Assembly (NCBI GenBank): GCA_045806965.1
Contig: JBJMIG010000059.1
Coordinates: forward strand, 2,656-66,655
Reading direction: 5' to 3'
Origin: Labedaea sp.
GTDB taxonomy: Bacteria; Actinomycetota; Actinomycetes; Mycobacteriales; Pseudonocardiaceae
Length of the DNA: 64,000 nt
Below, in pieces: positions 29,806 through 38,053 of this stretch. Positions within the stretch are counted from its first letter, which is position 1; every line of letters begins with the position of its first letter. Under the pieces are notes generated by a model. That model did not search any database, was not told the origin of the DNA, and saw only the letters and a list, made by a program, of their open reading frames with translations. The position numbers and the translations under genes are program-made.

Positions 29806-30542
29806 CTGAGCGAGCTGGCGATCCTGTCCGCGATGCCCTGCAGCTGCGGCTCGAACGGCGCCGCTCCGCCGCCGGCCGGTGGCTCACTGATCAGCACCGC
29901 GTGACGCCCGTCGCGGGCGATCCCGACCCGGATCATCGCGCCCGGGCGGCCGTTGGCCGGGCTGGCGAACTCCGCGTTCGACGGCGCGACGACCACCGAG
30001 ACGGTCCCGCTTGGCAACACGAACGTCACACCACGACCCTCGGGCGGGCAGTAAACGCTGGCGGCCGGAACGGCCGAAGAAGGGGCGGCCCGGAGCTCGC
30101 CCGCGAGGGCAGCAGCGAGCTCCGGGTCCGCCTTGTCGCACCCACGAGGGGTGCTGCCGGGCCCTGCTGGGCCGGCGTTCCCGGTCGGAGTGCCTCCCTG
30201 CTTAGGCGACTCCGCCGAGAAGCTTTCGTCGGCTGTCCCACCGCCAGCAGCAGCGCGCGGAACACCCTCGCTGGGTACCTCGTTCGGAGCGGGCTGTCCG
30301 TTACCACTTGAATCGGCAGCCAACGTCCCGTTCTCGGTCCCAGCTCCTTTCCACAATGCCACGGTCAGGACACCGGCGACGGCCAGAATCGCGACCGCGA
30401 GCACAGAACCACCCGTAAGTGCACGTCGGCGCCGTGCCCGTTGCCGGTACGACTCGGCCGTGATATCGCTGTGACCAAACGACGGCGGCGGCGCGTCCGG
30501 GACCGCCTCGCGGAACATCTCACCCAGTTTGCGCTCGTCCAT
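29802..30542 (-). CDS. single-pass membrane protein downstream of an ECF sigma factor (possible anti-sigma/partner protein)
   Basis: Cytoplasmic N-terminus, one TM (GGSVLAVAILAVAGVLTVALW), Pro/Gly/Ala-rich extracytoplasmic region. Assigned by position, not homology. Confidence 0.55.
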   Translation of the reverse strand: MDERKLGEMFREAVPDAPPPSFGHSDITAESYRQRARRRRALTGGSVLAVAILAVAGVLTVALWKGAGTENGTLAADSSGNGQPAPNEVPSEGVPRAAAGGGTADESFSAESPKQGGTPTGNAGPAGPGSTPRGCDKADPELAAALAGELRAAPSSAVPAASVYCPPEGRGVTFVLPSGTVSVVVAPSNAEFASPANGRPGAMIRVGIARDGRHAVLISEPPAGGGAAPFEPQLQGIADRIASSLR

Positions 30543-30590
30543 CTCGGTGCACCTCCTCCGTCCTCGTCCCCGCGGTCCCGCGCCCGACCC

Positions 30591-31121
30591 TCATGACGCG
30601 GACCGCAGATCGTCCAGCGCGTCGCCGAGCACCTCGCGCAGGGCGGTCAACCCGCGCGCCGTCTGGCTCTTCACCGTGCCCTCCGAGCACTTGAGCGCCT
30701 CGGCCGTGGCCGCCACGTCAAGGCCCTCGAGGAACCTCAGCACGAGCACCGCCCGTTGCCGGGGCGGAACCCGCCGCAGGCCGTCGAGCAGCGCCGACCG
30801 GGTGGCCACCGAGTCCCCGACCGTGGCATCACCCGAACCGTTCGGGTGCGCCACCTCGGGCAGCTCGTCCACCGAACGCTCCCGGCGCCACGGCCGGCGC
30901 GTCTCGTCGATCATCGCCCGCACCAGCGTCCTGCGTACGTAAGCGTCCAGGGCACCTCGGTCCCGGATCTTGCGCCACTTCCGGTGCAGCGCGACGAACG
31001 CGGTCTGCGCCAGGTCGTCCGCCCGGTGCCAGTCGCCACAGAGCATGAACGCGGTGCGCCGCACGGCATCCCGCCTCGCCGCGAAATACTCCGCGAACTC
31101 CTGCTCCTCGCGCTGCTCCAC
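30591..31121 (-). CDS. SigE-family ECF RNA polymerase sigma factor
   Basis: GTG 31121 after GGAGAG. Region 2 (DDLAQTAFVALHRKWRKI) and region 4 (RQRAVLVLRFLEGLDVAATAEALKCSEGTVKSQ). Confidence 0.85.
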   Translation of the reverse strand: MEQREEQEFAEYFAARRDAVRRTAFMLCGDWHRADDLAQTAFVALHRKWRKIRDRGALDAYVRRTLVRAMIDETRRPWRRERSVDELPEVAHPNGSGDATVGDSVATRSALLDGLRRVPPRQRAVLVLRFLEGLDVAATAEALKCSEGTVKSQTARGLTALREVLGDALDDLRSAS

Positions 31122-31237
31122 GCGGACTTCTCTCCGCTCGTCATCCTGCGAACCGGGGACGGACCGTACGGCCTCAACGGTTGCACGGACCGTTGCTGAG
31201 ATTTACGCCACCCCTCCGTAGCCGGGTGGGGTGACAA

Positions 31238-32278
31238 GTGTGGTGTGATCGGATTGTGACCACCGCCACGCCGATCGACCTCCGCTCCGACACCGTCACC
31301 CGGCCCGGCACCCGCATGCGGGAAGCCATGGCGGCCGCCGAGGTGGGTGACGACGTACTCGACCACGACCCGACCATGCGCCGGCTCGAGGAACGGGTGG
31401 CCGACCTGCTCGGCGTCGAAGCCGCGCTCTGGGTACCGAGCGGCTCGATGGGCAACCTGATCGCGCTCACCCTGCATCTGCGGCGCGGCGACCGGTTCCT
31501 GGCCCCGCGCGGCGCGCACGTGCTGGACAACGAGCTGGGCACCGCCGCATGGGTGGCCGGCGGCATGCCCGCCGTGCTCGAGTGGGAGGCCGGGCCCGGG
31601 ATTCCGGCCGCGGACACCGTGCGGGCGCTGGCCGGCGGCGGCGCGGCGCCGTACTACGCACTGCACACGACGTTGCTGTGCCTGGAGAACACGCACAACG
31701 GCGCGGGCGGCGCGGTGACCCCGCCGGACGAGCACGCCCGGCTGGTGGCCGCCGCACGGGACTGCGGGCTGCGGGTACACCTCGACGGCGCCCGGATCTG
31801 GCATGCCGCGGTGGCGCTCGGCGTCCCGCCGGCAGCGCTCACCGTCGGGGTGGACTCGGTGCAGGTCTGCCTGTCCAAGGGCCTCGGCGCGCCGGTCGGC
31901 TCGGTGGTGGCCGGCTCAGCCGCGTTCGTGGCCGAGGCCCGGCGGGTGCGCAAGATGCTCGGCGGCGGGGTGCGGCAGGGCGGCGTGCTGGCCGCGGCCG
32001 GGCTGGTCGCGCTCGAGCACATCGACGACCTGGCCGCGGATCACACCAAGGCGGCCGTACTCGCGGACGGGCTCGCCGAGCTTGGCTGGGCCGTCGATCC
32101 GCCGCAGACCAACATCGTGCTGGCCGGGGTGCCCGACGTGGGTCACACGCTGACCGTGCTGGCGCACGCCGGGGTGCTGGCCGTACCGATGTCCGGCAAG
32201 GTCCGGTTCATCACGCACCGCGACGTGGACGCCACGGACATCGCCGAGGCGTTGCAGCGGATCAAACAGACCGGGTAG
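31238..32278 (+). CDS. low-specificity L-threonine aldolase (PLP-dependent)
   Basis: [11 protein letters not shown] ... [10 protein letters not shown] ... [10 protein letters not shown] (PLP Lys). Start is either GTG 31238 or GTG 31256. Confidence 0.8.
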   Translation: MWCDRIVTTATPIDLRSDTVTRPGTRMREAMAAAEVGDDVLDHDPTMRRLEERVADLLGVEAALWVPSGSMGNLIALTLHLRRGDRFLAPRGAHVLDNELGTAAWVAGGMPAVLEWEAGPGIPAADTVRALAGGGAAPYYALHTTLLCLENTHNGAGGAVTPPDEHARLVAAARDCGLRVHLDGARIWHAAVALGVPPAALTVGVDSVQVCLSKGLGAPVGSVVAGSAAFVAEARRVRKMLGGGVRQGGVLAAAGLVALEHIDDLAADHTKAAVLADGLAELGWAVDPPQTNIVLAGVPDVGHTLTVLAHAGVLAVPMSGKVRFITHRDVDATDIAEALQRIKQTG

Positions 32279-32279
32279 C

Positions 32280-32453
32280 TCAGGGACGGATCTGGCGCCT
32301 CCCGGCCCGGCCCTTGATCGCGCCGTAGGTGACCGCGCCGAGCGTCACCACGACCGCCGCCACCAGCAACGTGCCGAGCACCTTGAACACGAAGCCGAGC
32401 ACCATGAATGCCACCCAGATCAAGATGATCGCACCGATAATCTTCAGCAGCAT
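32280..32453 (-). CDS. small hydrophobic membrane protein (hypothetical)
   Basis: 57 aa from ATG 32453 (MLLKIIGAIILIWVAFMVLGFVFKVLG...), GGGGAGGGG about 9 nt upstream. Two predicted TM helices. Confidence 0.4.
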   Translation of the reverse strand: MLLKIIGAIILIWVAFMVLGFVFKVLGTLLVAAVVVTLGAVTYGAIKGRAGRRQIRP

Positions 32454-32508
32454 GTCTGCCAACCCCTCCCCGACCTGAGCGTTCCGTCAGGTCAACGGCC
32501 GGTGCGGG

Positions 32509-33669
32509 TCACCGGTTCCCGCTGCGCCATTCGCCGAGCCGGCGCAGGCCCTCGGCCACGTCCGCGGTGCTGCCGGCGAAGGAGAACCGCACGAACCGAT
32601 CGCCCTGTGCCGGATCGAAGTCCACTCCGGGCACGATGGCAAGGCCGGTGTCGGCAAGAAGCTTCGCGCAGAAGCTCATCGAGTCGCCGGTCAGGTGTGA
32701 GACGTCGGCGTAGGCGTAGAACGCGCCATCCGCGGGAGCCAGCCTGCTGATGCCCTCCTCGGCAAGTCCCTTGACCAGTCGGTCGCGGTTGACCCGGTAC
32801 CTGGCCACGTGAGCGTCCAACTCGGCGTAGGACTCCGGCTCGAACGCGGCCACCGCCGCGTGCTGGGCCAGTGCCGGCGGGCACAGGGTGAAGTTGCCGG
32901 TCAGGCAGTCGATCGCACGGTGCAGCCGGCGGGGTACCAACAGCCAGCCGAGGCGCCACCCGGTCATCGCGAAGTACTTGGAGAACGAGTTCACCACGAC
33001 GGCCTCGGTCGAGTATCGCCACGCGGTCGCGGTCGGCTGCTCGTAGGCGATGCCGTGGTAGAGCTCGTCGCTGATCAGCCGCACGCCGCGCGCCGCGCAC
33101 CAGCCGGCGATCCGCTCCAGGTCGGCCGGGGCGAGCACGGTGCCGGTCGGGTTGGCCGGGCTGGCGAGCACCAGGCCGTCGATGCGAGGTAGTTCGTCGA
33201 GCATTTCGACGGTCGGCTGGAATCGGGTCTGCTCGCCGCAGGGCAGCTCGACCACCTCCGCGCCGAGGGCGCTGAGAATGTTGCGGTAGGCGGGATAGCC
33301 GGGCCGGACCACCGCCACCCGGTCGCCGGCGTCGAACGCGGCCAGGAACGCGAGCAGGAAGCCGCCAGACGAACCCGTGGTGATCACCACCTGCCGCGGG
33401 TCGACATCGAGGTCACTGGTGCGGCCGTAGTGCGCGGCCACGGCGGCCCGCAGCTCCGGGATGCCGAGCTGCTCGGTGTAACCGAGGCTGTGCGTTGCCA
33501 GCACCTCGGCCGCCCTGGCCAGCACCGGCTTCGGCGCGCCCGCGCTCGGCTGGCCGGCGGCGAGCGAGATCACGTCGCCGTGGGTGCGCTGCCGGGCGTT
33601 GGCCGCGGAGAGCACGTCCATCACGTGGAACGGCGGGATCGCCGCCCGCCCGGCCACCTTCGGCTGCAT
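32509..33669 (-). CDS. class I/II PLP-dependent aminotransferase
   Basis: IPPFHVMDVL ... NPTGT ... SFSKYFAMTGWRLGW (PLP Lys). ATG 33669 is preferred over the track GTG 33711, which would overlap the upstream gene. Confidence 0.85.
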   Translation of the reverse strand: MQPKVAGRAAIPPFHVMDVLSAANARQRTHGDVISLAAGQPSAGAPKPVLARAAEVLATHSLGYTEQLGIPELRAAVAAHYGRTSDLDVDPRQVVITTGSSGGFLLAFLAAFDAGDRVAVVRPGYPAYRNILSALGAEVVELPCGEQTRFQPTVEMLDELPRIDGLVLASPANPTGTVLAPADLERIAGWCAARGVRLISDELYHGIAYEQPTATAWRYSTEAVVVNSFSKYFAMTGWRLGWLLVPRRLHRAIDCLTGNFTLCPPALAQHAAVAAFEPESYAELDAHVARYRVNRDRLVKGLAEEGISRLAPADGAFYAYADVSHLTGDSMSFCAKLLADTGLAIVPGVDFDPAQGDRFVRFSFAGSTADVAEGLRRLGEWRSGNR

Positions 33670-33688
33670 GCGGCCCAGCTTATGAGCG

Positions 33689-34854
33689 TCAGTAGCCGAC
33701 GTAACCGCCACCGCCGTGGATCGCCTTGATGCCCGGCACGTTGCCGAGCGAACCGTAGCGGCTGACCGAGTAGCGGACGCCGGCGATGATGTTGTCCACC
33801 GGGTTCCAGATGTCGTTGTGGCCGGGCAACTTGTGCGCGTTGAACGTGGAGTCGATGCACTGCATCAGGCCCTTGGACGGGTGACCGGCCGCCGCGTTGG
33901 AGTCCCACAGGTTGATCGCCTTGGGGTTGCCGCCGGACTCGTGCTGGATGATCTGCCAGATGTACTGGGCGTCGGCCTCGCTGACGTTGATCCCGTTCTG
34001 ACGCAGGATCTCGATCGCCTGCTTGATCCACTCCTGGACGTTGCCCGGCGGCGGGCCGCCGGTCGGGGGACCGCCGCTCGAGCCGAGGCCGCCACCTCCT
34101 CCGCCGCCGCCACCGGTGGGACCACCGCCACCACCGCCGGTCGGGCCGCCGCCCGCCGCACCGGCGCCGGTGCCGGTGCTGCCGTTGCCGCCGCTGCCCG
34201 GGGGCGGGCTGTCGGTGGTACCGGACGGCGCGGTCTGGCCGGGCGGTGTCGGCGTCCACTCGATCGGTGTGCCGGGTTGCGGGGTGAACGGCTGGGTGTT
34301 CGGGTCGGACATCGAGGAGAACGTGCTGGCCGGGCTGGCCGCGCCGGCCAGTGTCCCGGCCGCGGCGCTCAGCACGGCCTCGGTGCCGTCGAGGTGCTTG
34401 CGGATGTCCCCGGCGGCCTCGCCGCAGATTTCCCTGGTGTACCCGTCGAGCTGGGCCTGGTCGGCGTCCTTGTGGTTGCGGAGCCAGGTGTTGATCTCGG
34501 TGAGCGCCTGGTCGCAGCGGGTCTGGACATAGCTCTTGGCGCTGGTGAGGCCTCCGCCACCTTGTTGAGCGCACCGGCCGCCTGGGTCATCGCGCCGCCG
34601 ACGTCCGTGCCGGCCTTGCCGAATCGGTCCATGTAGGCGACGAACTGGTCCGCCGAGGTGCCCTCCCAGGCGGCGTCGAGGCCGCGGACCGCCTTGCCGA
34701 CCGCACCGGCGTTGGCGCTGGCGTTGGTGGCCGCGGTGGACAACCGGGCAGCCGCCGCCGCGACCGCTCCCGGGTCGGCGTTGTCCACCTTGCTCGCCTG
34801 AGCGGTCACCAGGTCGCCGCCCGCGTACCTGGCCAGGTCACCCGCCGCGCTCAC
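33689..34854 (-). pseudogene. WXG100-like N-terminal domain fused to a Pro/Gly-rich linker and a C-terminal lytic transglycosylase (SLT/GH23), interrupted by a 1-nt frameshift near 34548-34553
   Basis: Frame A runs from GTG 34854 and reads ...LDAAWEGTSADQFVAYMDRFGKAGTDVGGAMTQAAGALNKVAEA. It then degenerates into low-GC3 junk. Frame B becomes GC3-rich and protein-like from the same point (LTSAKSYVQTRCDQALTEINTWLRNHKDADQAQLDGY...) and ends in IIQHESGGNPKAINLWDSNAAAGHPSKGLMQ. Confidence 0.6.
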
Positions 34855-35162
34855 AGCAGCCTCACCTCTGGGGTCATCGAACGGACGTTGTTGTCCTCGG
34901 TGTTCTGCACGCTCCGCACCACCGCGTCCAGCGACCGCGCCACCTGGTCCAACGTGTTCTCCGCGGCGGTGAACTCCTTGTGCATCGCGGAGTTCAGCGC
35001 GTCGACGGCGCGGGCCACCGCGGCCGAACTCGTCAGCTCGCCGTACGCCGCGGCATTCCCGCCGCCCTCCGGGAACGTGTCCGCGATCTCGCCGAACTTC
35101 GGCTTGTAGTCCTGCGCCCGGCGCATGCAGTCGTTGATCGCCTCGATGTTGTAACTGGGCAC
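34851..35162 (-). CDS. EspC/DUF2580-like small helical type VII secretion-associated protein
   Basis: 103 aa from GTG 35162 (GGAGGG 9 nt upstream). Central AAYGEL motif and helical flanks, as in EspC-like proteins. Stop overlaps the start of the next gene (GTGA). Confidence 0.55.
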   Translation of the reverse strand: MPSYNIEAINDCMRRAQDYKPKFGEIADTFPEGGGNAAAYGELTSSAAVARAVDALNSAMHKEFTAAENTLDQVARSLDAVVRSVQNTEDNNVRSMTPEVRLL

Positions 35163-35235
35163 GTTGGCACACCCTCCACGCTCGCTCCGGTTCGGACGCG
35201 ACGGCGCGCCGCGAGGTTCCCGCCACACCGCCTCC

Positions 35236-35345
35236 GCGGTTTCGTTCGCTCCGTTCGCTCGCTCCGGTTACAGCGCAAGGTGACCTTCCTGCGCTTCTAA
35301 CAGCGCAATGTCACCTTGCGCTGTAAACGAACGGCGCTGTATCCC
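35236..35345. repeat. composite palindromic repeat, locus R3 (2 cores)
   Basis: ACAGCGCAAGGTGACCTTCCTGCGC (35270-35294), TTCTA, ACAGCGCAATGTCACCTTGCGCTGT (35300-35324). Preceded by CGTTCGCTCGCTCC-type tail sequence. Confidence 0.85.
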
Positions 35346-35356
35346 GGGCGGGCCGA

Positions 35357-36124
35357 TCACACCTCGTCCAGTAGTTCCCGGACGAAGCCGGCCAGCATGG
35401 CGTTGTCCGCCGGGGTGACGGTGCTCCAGGTCTTCCCCGCGTTGTTGGGCCTGGTCAGGTAGGCGTAGCGGCCTTCGGGGGTGTCGTGGAAGGCGACCAC
35501 CCGGTCGGCCCGGCGGACCTGCTGGTCGCGCGGGCGGCGCTCCACACCGAACTGGCCCCTGGCGGCCATGCCGGCCAACATCGCGGCAAGGCCCTGGGCG
35601 TCCAGTTGGGAGACTCCCTTGTCCCGCAGGAAACTCGCGAGCTGCTGCGGGGTCTCGGCGCGGGCGTCGGCGGCGTGTAGCAGGTCGGTGTCGACACTGA
35701 CCGAGAAGCCGCGGCCGGCCGGAACCACTCCGGCCACCGACACCGCGGCCTCGGCCAGTGCGGTTGGCCTGGCCGGGATCAGCCACACCTCGCGCGGCTC
35801 GACCACGGCGAGCAGGCCCTGGCCGTTGGCGGTGACCGCGAGCGAGGAGATCTCGCGGTCGGTCCAGACCCAGCTGTCGATGCTGAACCCGGGATACGCC
35901 AACAGGTTCAGCCAGTCAGCGAGCTCCGCCTTGGCGCGCTCGCCCTCGGCCAAGCCGCGCCGCTCGAGATCGTCGAACGCGGTACGGCGCAGTTGGGCCC
36001 GCTCGGTGTGGGTCCGGCCGGGACTGACCATGGTGAGCGCGACGTGCCTCGGTGGCAGCCGCTGCGCCTCCCACAGCACGTCGAACTCCAGCGTGGACAG
36101 CACCACGCTGCCGGTTGCCGGCAC
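35357..36124 (-). CDS. espG: ESX secretion-associated chaperone EspG
   Basis: 255 aa. N-terminal LSTLEFDVLWEAQRLPP hallmark of the EspG family. Immediately downstream of the PPE-like gene. Confidence 0.8.
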   Translation of the reverse strand: MPATGSVVLSTLEFDVLWEAQRLPPRHVALTMVSPGRTHTERAQLRRTAFDDLERRGLAEGERAKAELADWLNLLAYPGFSIDSWVWTDREISSLAVTANGQGLLAVVEPREVWLIPARPTALAEAAVSVAGVVPAGRGFSVSVDTDLLHAADARAETPQQLASFLRDKGVSQLDAQGLAAMLAGMAARGQFGVERRPRDQQVRRADRVVAFHDTPEGRYAYLTRPNNAGKTWSTVTPADNAMLAGFVRELLDEV

Positions 36125-36139
36125 GGTCGTCAGCCCTCG

Positions 36140-37405
36140 TCAGCCCTCGTCGTCATCGTCACCGATCAGCGCGGGCGCGATCGGCCGGTAGTCCTCGAAC
36201 ACGTCCGCCGACTCGACCCCGTACTTGCGCACATGCTCGCCGTCCTCCTCGTCCGGGGCGTTGCCGGTGGCCGGCTGGAGGATCGAGCTGGCCGCCGGTT
36301 TGGGTGATCGCGCGCCGAACTTCTCGGCGTTGCGCACGCTGCGGGCCTCCTCGGGCGGCTCCTGGGCGAGCGGTGACTTCGGTGCGCCGCCTCGACCCTC
36401 GCGCTCCGCTTCGGCGACGCCGCCGCCGGGCGCACCACCCGCGCCCGGCCGGCCGCGCACCAGGCGGTCCTTCTCGGTGGTCGCACCAACCGCCGCACCT
36501 TGCGCTCCCGCGCCGGCGATCGCGGCCGCGTCGGCGACCAGGAGGGAGGGAACCGCACGCGGGCCGAATCCCGGTGCACCCTCGACCGGAAGGCCGGTCG
36601 GCAGCGGCAACACCGGTCCGACGCCGGTTCGTGGACCCGGCTGGCCTGGCAGGCCTACCGGGCCGGGCCCGGGCGCCGGGCCGCCGGGCTGACCGCCGAG
36701 CAACGGCGCTGCTCCCGAGCCGCCGGGGGCCGGTGCGGAGCCAGGGGCGCCGGGTGGTTGGCCAGGAGCGCCCGGGGTGAAGCCGGACCCGCCATGGAAG
36801 CCGTCCACCGGGCCGACCTGGGTTCCGGTGGCGGACTGCTGCGTGACCAGCCCGACGCCGGGCGGGACCGGGAGTGTCTGCACCCCGCCGATGGCTGAGG
36901 AGCTGGCCGACTGGTATCCGTTCAGGCCGGCGATCGCCTGGTCCCGCGCGGCACCGGTGGACGCGACATCCTTGGCGTGGTCGGTGGTGTGCCCGAGCAG
37001 GCCGGCGAACCGGTCGAACCCGTCAAGCTGGGTGGGCCCGCGCAAGGTGCCCGAGTCCGGCGCGCTGTTTCGGGTGTGCGCGAACGATCCGCTCTGGTTC
37101 GACACGCCCTTGGCCGACTCCCCGACCGGCGTCACCGCGTCCTCGGCAAAGACGGAAGCCTGCTTGGTGGCCGCGGTTCCGCCGTCCGCCGCCTGGCCCT
37201 GCCAGGACACCCCGATCTGCTGCAACTGCTCGCGCAGCACCCGGTCCGTCTCGGCCAACCCCCCGGCAAGCGCGATGAGTGCGCGCGCGGCGTTGTGCAA
37301 ACTCTCCGACCCGGCCCCGTTGCGCAACCCGTCGACCTGCTCGGCCAAGGCCTGGTTGTCGTATCCCTCGAACCGCAGGTCGTCGAGCCCGTAGTCGCCG
37401 TCCAT
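36140..37405 (-). CDS. PPE-like domain protein with a long Pro/Gly-rich C-terminal region
   Basis: ATG 37405 after GAGGTGAGG. N-terminal helical PPE-like domain (FEGYDNQALAEQVDGL ... IGVSWQGQAADGG, containing WxG) followed by a low-complexity PG-rich tail. Confidence 0.75.
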   Translation of the reverse strand: MDGDYGLDDLRFEGYDNQALAEQVDGLRNGAGSESLHNAARALIALAGGLAETDRVLREQLQQIGVSWQGQAADGGTAATKQASVFAEDAVTPVGESAKGVSNQSGSFAHTRNSAPDSGTLRGPTQLDGFDRFAGLLGHTTDHAKDVASTGAARDQAIAGLNGYQSASSSAIGGVQTLPVPPGVGLVTQQSATGTQVGPVDGFHGGSGFTPGAPGQPPGAPGSAPAPGGSGAAPLLGGQPGGPAPGPGPVGLPGQPGPRTGVGPVLPLPTGLPVEGAPGFGPRAVPSLLVADAAAIAGAGAQGAAVGATTEKDRLVRGRPGAGGAPGGGVAEAEREGRGGAPKSPLAQEPPEEARSVRNAEKFGARSPKPAASSILQPATGNAPDEEDGEHVRKYGVESADVFEDYRPIAPALIGDDDDEG

Positions 37406-37414
37406 TGCCTCACC

Positions 37415-38053
37415 TCACTTCAACGTTCGCAACGTCTGCACGGCCAACCCGGCCGCCTGTTCGGCCCGTTGGCACAATTCATCAAGCGTGAACGTATGGT
37501 TCCCGTCATTGTCGGTGTTGACCATCAACTGCTGCCCTTCGGCCACATCGACCGACGTGCTGCAATCAGGAGTGTTGTGGCCATTCGCGCCGCGAAACCA
37601 ATAGGTGGCAGCCGGATAGGTCTCCACCGAGGCGAGCCTCGCTTCGACATTTCTCTTGCCACCCAACCACGGCCCTATACCTTCGTTGGTTACCAGTGTC
37701 ACGGCGAACTCGTAGTACGGCGGCTGCCGCTGCACGCTGAGGATGCATTCCGGCATGCCGTTGTACTGCTGCGATTTGTTGGTCGAATTTCGGACCCGGT
37801 TCGCCTTCAGCTGATCCCGTTGCGGCTCGGTGAACAGTGCGCACGGGTCGAGCCCGTCCAGCCTCAACTCCTTGGGCCGCGGCGGAATCTGCACCGATGA
37901 TGACGGGCGCCCCGAGGACGAGTTCGGCGACTGACCGGAGGTGCCAACCGATGTCGCACCGGGCGGCGGCGCGGGCTCGCCGGCCTCGCTCCGGGTGCAA
38001 CCAGCCACGGCGAGCAGCCCGGCCAGAGCCAACACCGCCGGGCAGCTACGCAC
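37415..38053 (-). CDS. DUF3558-like secreted lipoprotein
   Basis: GTG 38053 gives MRSCPAVLALAGLLAVAGC (lipobox). LDPCALFTEPQRDQL motif and conserved Cys pairs resemble DUF3558. The start overlaps the upstream stop (GTGCGTAG). Confidence 0.7.
   Translation of the reverse strand: MRSCPAVLALAGLLAVAGCTRSEAGEPAPPPGATSVGTSGQSPNSSSGRPSSSVQIPPRPKELRLDGLDPCALFTEPQRDQLKANRVRNSTNKSQQYNGMPECILSVQRQPPYYEFAVTLVTNEGIGPWLGGKRNVEARLASVETYPAATYWFRGANGHNTPDCSTSVDVAEGQQLMVNTDNDGNHTFTLDELCQRAEQAAGLAVQTLRTLK

Noticed and set aside
34540-34560. Programmed -1 ribosomal frameshift joining the WXG100 and SLT frames
   Set aside because: The shift needed is -1, but the site (G GAG GCC TCA) is not an X XXY YYZ slippery heptamer. 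I saw no obvious downstream stimulatory structure. An indel is the simpler explanation.
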